DNA of 21,952 bases from Candidatus Jordarchaeia archaeon (GCA_029856435.1 JAHQXB010000109.1:1-21952); one strand, 5' to 3'; numbered from the stretch's first letter, positions 8,514 through 16,746 are shown. Notes: generated from the letters alone by a model not told the origin. A program made the numbers and translations.

Positions 8514-9581
8514 TCAATCTATCAGTTTTTCGACAGGAGGTAAAGCCTCAATTATTTCTCTAGTTATTTTTTCACTTCTACCCTCTTTAAAGTTTGAAGC
8601 TGCGACAAAAACACTCTGGTTACAGAGCAACCGAATATCACGCCCTACACCGTGAGCCTTCTCAGTTAAGACAGGGATAGTTTCCTCTTCGAATGGATAA
8701 ATTTCAAAGTTATTCTCATCAAAACTTCCTAGCTTCCCACTAGCCCAGTACAACCTCCTTCCTATAAACTCTCTGACCTTTTTTTCATTCAGCCTTTCAA
8801 GTTCGATTTCCCAGCAACGATCGTAAAGATGGGGAACACCCGCCTTCAGCCCTAAGGCATGGGTCCTTGTCCCCGTGAGTATTAGCATGCAAATCATCTG
8901 ATCTCTACTCTCCGGATTTAGGGCACACGCTTTTAATTCATTCAACTTATCCTTAGATATTTGATAACCCGCAGAACTAGCAAATTTCTTAAAGTCCGAT
9001 TCTTCATTTAGAAGAAAGTTATTAGCATCCTTCTGAGTTAAATCCCCCAACTCCTTAATTTTGATAAAAACTTCCGAATCATTATCACCAAAATCATCAA
9101 TAAAAATCAGGGTAATCTTATTAGTCAAAAGAAAATGCGTCATAATATCCTGCTTAATCAAAGTGTAAATATCTTCCGAACTCATCCTGCTCTTATATTT
9201 CACACCCAACTTTTGAGCTATTACCTCTCCCATCTGGCGCACAAATAATTTACTCTGAGTAACTACTATTGGGCGAAACAAGTATTCTGGATCCCCCTGC
9301 CTCGCTAAATTAGTAAGATCATTATAAATTAACTCTAAAAGCATAGTTTTACCCATACCGGGTTCCTCACTGGTAATAAGAAGATGCCTTTCCTTCGCTT
9401 TTATATAATCATCAATCTCTAGAATCACGTCAGTAGAAGCAACAAAAAGCTCAGGATCACTTAAACGAACCTTTGAAAACGGGTTCCACTTCCATCCGAC
9501 ATGGGCATAATAGGCGTTCCTAGCTTCAGCCACAGAAGGGTAAAGCTTACCAACCGCGCCAAATTTTTCTTCCACACGCAT
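8514..9581 (-). CDS. ExeA/GspA-like (initiator-clade) AAA+ ATPase
   Basis: N-terminal GWKWNPFS...DPELFV (ExeA-type G-L/W-x-x-x-PF), Walker A variant SEEPGMGKT, Walker B LIFIDD, candidate Arg finger LYDRC, sensor II-like GVGRDIRLLC. The ORF track starts at 9698, but SD-like GAGGTG sits directly before ATG 9581 and 6 nt before GTG 9575, so one of these is the likelier start. Confidence 0.85.
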   Translation of the reverse strand: MRVEEKFGAVGKLYPSVAEARNAYYAHVGWKWNPFSKVRLSDPELFVASTDVILEIDDYIKAKERHLLITSEEPGMGKTMLLELIYNDLTNLARQGDPEYLFRPIVVTQSKLFVRQMGEVIAQKLGVKYKSRMSSEDIYTLIKQDIMTHFLLTNKITLIFIDDFGDNDSEVFIKIKELGDLTQKDANNFLLNEESDFKKFASSAGYQISKDKLNELKACALNPESRDQMICMLILTGTRTHALGLKAGVPHLYDRCWEIELERLNEKKVREFIGRRLYWASGKLGSFDENNFEIYPFEEETIPVLTEKAHGVGRDIRLLCNQSVFVAASNFKEGRSEKITREIIEALPPVEKLID

Positions 9582-9728
9582 CACCTCGAAACTAAATAGG
9601 CTTATTGAGGTAAAATCACAATATTCTCCTATATATCGCTCATCAGCTATTTTTAAACGATTTTCAACCCAGATTGCAACACTAAACCAATTAAGCAATT
9701 ATCCTATTACCAATAATTTACTGATAAA

Positions 9729-9779
9729 GATATCGAAATCAGATACTAATATCAAAAAAAGATATCAAAAAAAGATATC
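9729..9779. repeat. GATATC iteron array upstream of the ATPase
   Basis: GATATC 9729 / GATACT 9742; AATATC 9748, GATATC 9761, GATATC 9774 separated by A7 spacers. Confidence 0.8.
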
Positions 9780-11806
9780 CACGCATCGAATCGAGGAAAA
9801 ATTTGACCAAAATCAACACAGGACACAAAAATAGATCATACGGCAGCTCAAAAAAATAAAAGCAAAGGCATATATGGGAGAGAACTAAGCACCATAAAAC
9901 CACACTCTGAAAAGAAGTATATGGAAATTCTCGTAAAATGTTTACAAAAGTGTATACATAGAGCCCACCCTGATAGAAACCCAAAAAAACGAAACTATTT
10001 ATAAAGAGAGTAATACCTAGAGACTATATACGTATCAAAATAGGCACAAAACAGGGTCCTAAAACGCACCGAACAAACTCCACAAACCATAAAATAACTC
10101 AAATTTAGGCCAAAAAACAAGCCCAACAGCAAAAGCGCCAAAGTAAAATTAACGAAAATCCATTTTCCAAAGTTTTTAAATATTCTCTAGCGAATGCTTT
10201 ACATAATTTTACTTTTTTAAATCTATTCCCTAAATTGTTGAAAATTTTTCAAATTAACAATGCAAAATTATAAAAAAATACGTCAAAATATATAAAGAAA
10301 TTAAAAAATAAAAATTGTACAACACACCGCTAGCAAAGGGAACAAGTCCAAAAAATTGAAGTATCCTTTTTTCTGGGATTGTTTGAGGCATGCTATCGCC
10401 GACGATTCCCCCCTTTACCGATGTAAATAGCCTGGACAGATTGGCCTGTGATGGCCACCTAAGCCGAATAGACGAACGAAGTGCCCACTGGCTTCGAGCC
10501 TCTGTTCACTATCATACACCCTACCCCTTTTCTGAGGAAATTGCACTGGCCTGGCAGAAGGAACTGCAACCATCTGTGTGGAAAACACGCTGATGCCATG
10601 GGCAATGTACTTAAAGCAATAGCCCTATCCTCTTATACGTCTGGCCTTAGGTAGTTCAGCGTGCCTCCATCCCCGGCCTTCCTGTCCCCTACAAGGCGTC
10701 AGTTTGTAACTTTAATCTCAAAAAGTCCTGTTCCGCTCCAAAAATTTGTAAAAATTACTACCTTCAAAACTGGAAAAACAACTAAAAGCAAAAAGGAAAG
10801 CCCAAAAAACCCATTTTACTTTACAAGCTGGCGTTCCACTAACTTTCTGGCGCCCATACTTCTCCCCGCCAAAATTTTTTGAACCTCGCGGCGCCCCTTG
10901 TAGGCCTCCCATCGTAAAATTTGGAGTAAACAATGAGGGTGATTCCCCTCCCTCTGACCGCACTCATAATTGCACCCAAACGTCACAAGTCAGCGTCCAT
11001 ATAGACTGCTGAGCCGGGCGGTACATGTCTTAGGAGGGAACCTGTATCCCAAGTGTTTTTTTGTGGCTTTAACCGCCACCACAGTGTTGATTGCCAGCTG
11101 GGTATAGACTTTCCATTTAATTTTTTCCTTTTCGCTTCCAGAAAGTATGGTTTTTCCTTCTTTTTTGGGGAAAGAAGCCTTAAATAACCCCGGTCAAGGA
11201 TAGGTTTAGGAAAAAAAATTAATGAGAAGCTCTATACTCAGAAATAAAAGAATTTTGGACGTGCTCCTAGCGGGGCCACGAAGCTTCACGCCGCTCCTCC
11301 ATCGAAGCGCCCCAATTCTTAGCTATAAAACTAGAATAACGCCGCAGAACACACGGAAAAGGCAATCACCCAAACAGCCTTACTCCAAATAAGAAAAGTA
11401 TGAAAGAAATAGAATTAGATCTATCTTACCAGCACGTACTAGTCTTAACAATTTTAGAAAATAGTTGGATCCAATTAAAAACAAGATCTTTATAGCATTT
11501 AGGAAAGACGTGCTTTGGATATTGCTTTTCGAAATTACTCAGAACTTCAAGCCAAATTTTTGAAGGTGTTATTTTGAACTGAGTGTGTGTACTTTACGGG
11601 GGTCAAAAGTGAGTCTTAGGAATTTATTGTAAAGGATCTATGCCCAAGCGATAAAAACCATTCATTTTGAATATCCGAAATTTAAGTGAAAACGGGGAAC
11701 GAAACATTAAGATTGTCACTCATGCTTAATTTTTGTATCTGCAGGACCTAAAAAAAGTTGTTGAATAGAAAAAAGCACTCTGAAGGTGGGAACTCTGTGG
11801 TAACAT

Positions 11807-11827
11807 ACCCCTCTCTTTCTACTGGAA
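11807..11827 (-). promoter_or_regulatory. Origin recognition box (ORB1)
   Basis: Minus strand TTCCAGTAGAAAGAGAGGGGT: ORB dyad plus G-string. Confidence 0.8.
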
Positions 11828-11989
11828 TTCCTTGTCTAAGATTGCTCGAATTAATTTTATAATAATTATTTGAGTTTTTAGTCCAAAAACTTAGATAAAT
11901 ATGCTTAAATATATGAAAAAGTAACTCTAAATGGGGGAGTAGTTAACAATTAACTATTATAAATAAATAGTTATTTAAGTAGTTAACCC
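11828..11989. other. AT-rich candidate DNA unwinding element
   Basis: About 77% AT by manual count over 11831-11990; lies between oppositely oriented ORB1 and ORB2. Confidence 0.55.
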
Positions 11990-12010
11990 TTACAGTGGAA
12001 ATGAAGGGGT
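11990..12010 (+). promoter_or_regulatory. Origin recognition box (ORB2)
   Basis: TTACAGTGGAAATGAAGGGGT, one dyad mismatch from the canonical ORB. Confidence 0.82.
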
Positions 12011-12492
12011 AGGCGTATTAACTTTAATTTTTATGTGGCTGTGTTTTGTTAGAACACGTGTACCAATTTTTTATATCTCTACCTCTCTTTGTATTGCAAA
12101 GACTCTGCACGATATTATGTTTTGGTACTTTCTGAAAAAGGAATTATATACTGGAACATACTGTTCGGGGACTATTATTGCGCTGTCACCTGCTGCTTCG
12201 CAACCTTCATAGTCCAGCAAACCGGCTTTATGTTTTACTTTCGTGTTGTTTTTTGTCTTCCAAGCGTATCTGAAGCCAAATAATTCTTTGTAGAACTTAA
12301 TCCTTAGGGGGTCGTTTTTTTTCCCTGGTAGAATATCATAGACGTATATGTAATTAATACTTGATCCCTCTTCTTTTGTTTCCCGTTTTTGGACTTATGC
12401 TTTTTTAAAATTTTATGTGACGAGGATATTTTTTAGAACATGTGTAGCTAGTTTTCTCATGACCTGCTAGCTTGTTCATGATTCCTTTTAAA

Positions 12493-12524
12493 GATATCTT
12501 ATATTGATATCTGGCTTTGACATC
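12493..12524. repeat. GATATC iteron triplet inside oriC
   Basis: GATATC 12493, GATATC 12506, GACATC 12519; between ORB2 and ORB3. Confidence 0.85.
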
Positions 12525-12762
12525 TATTCTTTGCTCACAAAAAGAAGGATCCATGTAGGTCTTGTTATTGGTGATACCTTTTCGTTTAATTATTCCTTAT
12601 GACGCGCCAAAATAAAACTTGACCGTGGGGTTACTGGCTCTTTATTTTTATTATTCACATGTGGCGCTCTATTTGTTAATGTTTGGAGTAAAATGAGGCA
12701 TATTTACGGGTTATTTTTGAAAAAAGGGCGATTTTTTCTTGTTAATATGGTTTTTATTTCTT

Positions 12763-12783
12763 ACCCCTTTGTTTCCACTGGAA
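12763..12783 (-). promoter_or_regulatory. Origin recognition box (ORB3)
   Basis: Minus strand TTCCAGTGGAAACAAAGGGGT, matching the canonical archaeal ORB consensus. Confidence 0.92.
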
Positions 12784-13060
12784 ATTTACTTGAAAAATTC
12801 TTTTTTCTTCTTTTTGCTGGATGGGTTTTTGTGAATCTGTTAATGTAGAAATCTGTGGAAAAATTACTTATTTTCTTATTTAAGATAATATAATTTATTA
12901 TTTTTCAAATTGAATCGTTATTTTTGTCTTTTATTGTAAAAAAGTCAAAATTCTTATTTTTTCGGTTTTTTATTTCTTTTTTTGGGTATTCACATTTTAT
13001 GTTATTCATAGATAAACTATATATACTTGTGAGTCTAATAATAGTTCACCTTAATTTCAG

Positions 13061-13546
13061 GTGGAAAGCTTGGCCAAAAGGAAATACAAATTTGAAATCT
13101 CGGATCCTGAGACCAATAGTAAGATAACGCTCACGCTAGAAGGTAAACTTCCCCCTCAGCTTGTGGCTTCCATGATTGAGGATTTATCTAGAAGGCTTTC
13201 GTCGGCTGAGCGGGAAACAGTAGTACCTGAAAATAGCTCTGCGTCTGGTTCCTATATTAATTTGGATAGTCTCTCTATGAAGGAGAAGGTGGAGATTGTC
13301 CTATTAAAGTATTTTAAGCATGGCTGGTTTACTTCTAATGATGTTCATGAACAGTATACTAATCTCTTTAAAGAAGAACTTCCTCTGAGTACCATTTCCA
13401 CCTACCTTGCAAGGATTTTTGAGGATAGTGAGGAACCTATTCTTGAGAGAACGGGCACACGCAAGCAGTACCGTTATCGCCTAATAACTGAAAACGTTAA
13501 GGATAAATTAGCGGCCCTTTCACAGCTTGACTACATTTTTACTTAA
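13061..13546 (+). CDS. Winged-helix domain protein directly upstream of cdc6
   Basis: C-terminal wHTH pattern WFTSNDVHEQY...LSTISTYLARI....LERTGTRKQYRYRL. TTG at 13070 (MAKRKYKF) with SD-like CAGGTGG upstream is a likelier start. Confidence 0.75.
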   Translation: MESLAKRKYKFEISDPETNSKITLTLEGKLPPQLVASMIEDLSRRLSSAERETVVPENSSASGSYINLDSLSMKEKVEIVLLKYFKHGWFTSNDVHEQYTNLFKEELPLSTISTYLARIFEDSEEPILERTGTRKQYRYRLITENVKDKLAALSQLDYIFT

Positions 13547-13555
13547 AATTCTCTT

Positions 13556-13614
13556 GACATCTTTTTTTGACATCTTTTTTTGATTCCTACTTTTTGATAA
13601 CTATTATAGATATC
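13556..13614. repeat. Five-unit iteron array between the wHTH gene and cdc6
   Basis: GACATC 13556, GACATC 13569, GATTCC 13582, GATAAC 13596, GATATC 13609, mostly with T-tract spacers. Confidence 0.8.
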
Positions 13615-13678
13615 CTTAGTATCAAGAGTATTACTCACATATTTTTACTCCTACCAAAATATTTCTACGTAACCTTTA

Positions 13679-13699
13679 TTACCTTGATTTCAAATGGAA
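13679..13699 (-). promoter_or_regulatory. Degenerate ORB-like site upstream of cdc6
   Basis: Minus strand TTCCATTTGAAATCAAGGTAA resembles ORB2 but lacks a full G-string. Confidence 0.35.
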
Positions 13700-13817
13700 C
13701 TTTTGCCCACCAACTCCCCTATTCCGGTTGGAATCATAAGAAATTTAGCGCGGAAGCGATTTCTTATTTGATTAGTTCCTTGCTTGAGGTTACCATCAAC
13801 TATGAGAGGTTCAAAAA

Positions 13818-15056
13818 TTGAGTGAAAAGCCCCTCGATGTAATATTCGAAAAATATCTATCAGGCCCTAGGATATTTAAAGACCGAGAGGTTCTCCGCCC
13901 CACATATATTCCCGAGAACCTACCCCACCGCGACAAGGAGATAAGCCGCGTGGGGCTCATTTTAGCCACCGCCCTAAAAAGTGGAACACCATCAAACATA
14001 TTCGTCTATGGGAAAACTGGCACAGGGAAGACGGCAGTAATTAAGTACGTTTTGAAGCATTTGGCAGAGAAATGTACGGAGTTGGGGGTTTCTATACCGA
14101 ACTATGTTTATTTGAATTGTAGTACTGTTAACACGAATTACCGCGTTTTGGCTCATTTGTGTGAGACTTTGGGTGTTGATGTGCCTTTTACTGGATTGCC
14201 TACAGATGAGGTTTATAATCGTTTTATTTCGGCTCTGGATTCGAAAAAGGGGCTCATGATTATTGTTTTGGATGAGGTAGATAAATTAGTGGATAAAGAC
14301 GGTGACGCTGTGCTTTACGATTTGACTAGGATTAATAATTCTGTTCTGAAAAAAGCTCGGGTTAGCATTATTGGGATTTCTAACAATCTTAAGTTTAAGG
14401 AGAACTTGGATCCTCGTGTTTTGAGTAGTTTGGGGGAGGAGGAACTTGTTTTTCCGCCTTACGGTGCATTGGAACTCCAGGATATTCTTAGGGAGCGGGC
14501 AAAAATGAGTTTTTTTGATGGTGTTTTAGAGGAGCCTGGTGTGATTAATCTTTGTTCTGCTCTTGCAGCTAGGGAGCATGGTGATGCAAGGCGTGCTTTG
14601 GATCTCTTGCGTGTTGCGGGTGAGCAAGCTGAGAGGATGGGAGCGAGTAAGGTTACAGAGGAGCATGTTAAGATGGCGCAGAATATTTTAGAAACTGATC
14701 GGATTTCTGAGGTGATTTCAACTCTGCCAGTTCAATCTAAACTCGTACTTTATAGCATTTATTTGTTGGAGAAGAACCAAGCTTCAAAAATTACTACAGG
14801 CCGCGTTTATAGCGTATATTCGGATCTTTGTAAGATGGTTGACTTAGAAACATTGGGGGAGAGACGTGTTAGTGGTCTTATTGCGGAATTGGATATGCTT
14901 GGAATAATAGTTGCTAAGCTTAAGAGTGAGGGGCGTTATGGCATGACTAAGAAAATCAAAATTAATGTTCCGATTAAACAGATAAAGGACATACTTGAAA
15001 ATGACTATCATATTAAAAAGGTTGTTAATTATATGCCGCCCCCCTTTCAAGATTAG
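13818..15056 (+). CDS. cdc6: Orc1/Cdc6 replication initiator
   Basis: LRPTYIPENLPHRDKEI, Walker A GKTGTGKT, Walker B LDEVD, GDARRALDLLR, C-terminal wHTH with AELDMLGII...GRYG. Confidence 0.97.
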   Translation: MSEKPLDVIFEKYLSGPRIFKDREVLRPTYIPENLPHRDKEISRVGLILATALKSGTPSNIFVYGKTGTGKTAVIKYVLKHLAEKCTELGVSIPNYVYLNCSTVNTNYRVLAHLCETLGVDVPFTGLPTDEVYNRFISALDSKKGLMIIVLDEVDKLVDKDGDAVLYDLTRINNSVLKKARVSIIGISNNLKFKENLDPRVLSSLGEEELVFPPYGALELQDILRERAKMSFFDGVLEEPGVINLCSALAAREHGDARRALDLLRVAGEQAERMGASKVTEEHVKMAQNILETDRISEVISTLPVQSKLVLYSIYLLEKNQASKITTGRVYSVYSDLCKMVDLETLGERRVSGLIAELDMLGIIVAKLKSEGRYGMTKKIKINVPIKQIKDILENDYHIKKVVNYMPPPFQD

Positions 15057-15060
15057 TTTT

Positions 15061-15092
15061 GATATCTTAAAAAGACATCAAAATAAGATATC
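15061..15092. repeat. GATATC iteron triplet between convergent cdc6 and DP1
   Basis: GATATC 15061, GACATC 15074, GATATC 15087. Confidence 0.85.
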
Positions 15093-15126
15093 AAAATCTG
15101 TACTCTTTTTTAGTGACAAGCGCTGA

Positions 15127-16746
15127 TTAGAGAAAATTTAATTCTGTGATTTTGTGTGATTCTAGGTCAAGGATTATTGGCTTGGCTGGAGTTGGTTCTA
15201 ATCCCATTGATTTTTGGTATACCGTTTGTGCTTGGAAGGTTCCAGAGTTTAGCAGAATCACCCCACGGTAGCTCCCAGTGTCATTAATGTGTATGTGCCC
15301 GCAGTGTAGTATGTCTGGTACTCTTTCAATTACTAGCCAGTCTTGTGTTTCGGCGGCTATTGCTGTGTTTCCGTATATTGGGCTTAGGTGTCTACCTTTT
15401 ATTAATTCCATCATTGCTCTGTGTGGTTTTGTTTTATCTATCGGGATCGACGCCATTACATCGTTAAGGCTTTCGCCATGGTACATTAGAACTTCAATGT
15501 CGTGAATCCGAATCTGGGCTGGATCTCCTAACATTTCTATACCTATTTCATACAATGGTTCTGCGTATTCTTTGGGTATTGCGGGTTGGGGTAGCGCTAT
15601 TCTAGTGGCGTCATGTCCTCCGGGAATAGCGATTGTTTTTATGTGTTCTGGGATGTCTTCTAAATATTTTGCTGCTAATTCATACTGTTCATAAATGTTT
15701 GTTACTAGTAGGTCCTCTTCCTGTGTGGGATAAATGCCTACGCCGTCTACTATATCCCCTGCGATTAATAGATATTTTACGCGTCCTGCGAGTTCTCTAC
15801 TCTTTTCGTCTCCTATTTCCCCTCTTAACCATTGTACGAATCGTTTAAATGAGTCAGCTAGGAAGTGTTTACTACCAAAGTGGGTGTCTGAAATAAATGC
15901 GGCGCAGACTGGTTCACTAGCCTTATTACGTTCATTTTTGAGTGGTATATCGGGCCATGAGAAGTCGTTTACGTTGAATATCTCATTAGACAAGTAACCT
16001 TTAAAGCACATTACTTGGTCTAGCATGATGTACTCTGCTTTTTTTAATAATTCACTATTTTTCTCATATATGATGGCTTTAATTGTGCTTTCAAGGTCTT
16101 CTAGCTCTAGTAAAATGTTTCCTGACTTTGTTTTTTGTATGGACGTTACCATTCCTATGATGTGGACTTGTTTATCTTTGCTTGAAGGAATTTTTGAGAG
16201 TTTGGATATGTTTTCGATATCCCCTCTTTTTATTATTATATTGTATATCCTCTTGTATCTGTCTATAAAGTAGTTTATGAAGTCATCGAGTGTGCCTTTG
16301 CTTTTTATTACTCCCGTTGGATTGAATATTACTTCAAATTTGGCATCAATATCTTTTGCTAAATACCTTTTCGGGCTTCCTTGTATTAATAATGCTTGGT
16401 TTGTTATATTAGACTCCACGTTTTTTATCATCTTGGGGCTTACTTCTTGGGTTTTCGTAGCTATTGCTTCTGTTTTAGTTTTTTCTGCGATTGGCTCATA
16501 ACTTTCTTGAGATTCGGTTTTCTCTATTTCATCACCTATCGCAAACTTTTCTTCCAGTAAGTTGATGTACTTGTTATCTATTACAATTATGTTTTCCGAG
16601 TTTTCTTCAATTTTTAAAATTAATTTCTTTGCAAGCTCTTCTGGATTTTCATAATGTGAAAAAGCTTTTAGTGCTTCAGGAGTTACCTGATATCCTGCTT
16701 CGAGAATAATTTGTAATGCTCTTTTTATTCTATCTTTAGCTTGCAA
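15127..16746 (-). CDS. polB: DNA polymerase D (Pol II) small subunit DP1, proofreading exonuclease
   Basis: OB-fold region plus calcineurin-like motifs ISDTHFGS, AGDIVDG.GIYP.Q, PGGHD, YHG, RHLSPIYG, HCGHIH, NSGTFQAQT.YQ. Confidence 0.95.
   Translation of the reverse strand: MQAKDRIKRALQIILEAGYQVTPEALKAFSHYENPEELAKKLILKIEENSENIIVIDNKYINLLEEKFAIGDEIEKTESQESYEPIAEKTKTEAIATKTQEVSPKMIKNVESNITNQALLIQGSPKRYLAKDIDAKFEVIFNPTGVIKSKGTLDDFINYFIDRYKRIYNIIIKRGDIENISKLSKIPSSKDKQVHIIGMVTSIQKTKSGNILLELEDLESTIKAIIYEKNSELLKKAEYIMLDQVMCFKGYLSNEIFNVNDFSWPDIPLKNERNKASEPVCAAFISDTHFGSKHFLADSFKRFVQWLRGEIGDEKSRELAGRVKYLLIAGDIVDGVGIYPTQEEDLLVTNIYEQYELAAKYLEDIPEHIKTIAIPGGHDATRIALPQPAIPKEYAEPLYEIGIEMLGDPAQIRIHDIEVLMYHGESLNDVMASIPIDKTKPHRAMMELIKGRHLSPIYGNTAIAAETQDWLVIERVPDILHCGHIHINDTGSYRGVILLNSGTFQAQTVYQKSMGLEPTPAKPIILDLESHKITELNFL

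Noticed and set aside
8514-9698. ATPase as a ParA/MinD or a second full Cdc6
   Set aside because: It lacks the KGGxGK deviant Walker A of ParA and has no C-terminal winged helix as in Cdc6.
9739-9984. 81-aa minus-strand ORF
   Set aside because: It runs through the iteron array and A-rich DNA; the Phe/Leu/Cys-rich low-complexity translation is typical of a non-coding shadow.
10521-10543. ORB-like TTCCTCAGAAAAGGGGT on the minus strand
   Set aside because: Four bases shorter than the ORBs and the dyad is broken; likely chance.
10390-10963. ORFs 10390..10593, 10661..10882, 10718..10963
   Set aside because: No family motifs and mutually overlapping; kept only as part of the gene-free-region finding.
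12140-12157. GTTCCAGT half-ORB on the minus strand
   Set aside because: No second half of the dyad and no G-string.
12089-13127. Short ORFs 12089..12283 and 12924..13127
   Set aside because: They lie in T-rich origin or promoter DNA with biased composition; the second overlaps the wHTH gene in another frame.
13567-13821. 84-aa ORF upstream of cdc6
   Set aside because: It begins within the iteron array, covers the likely cdc6 promoter and has no recognisable motif.
2864-15092. GATATC arrays as Dam/SeqA-type methylation clusters or a CRISPR array
   Set aside because: GATATC does not contain GATC. The units are 6 bp with 7-nt spacers, far from CRISPR repeat and spacer sizes, and no cas genes are present.
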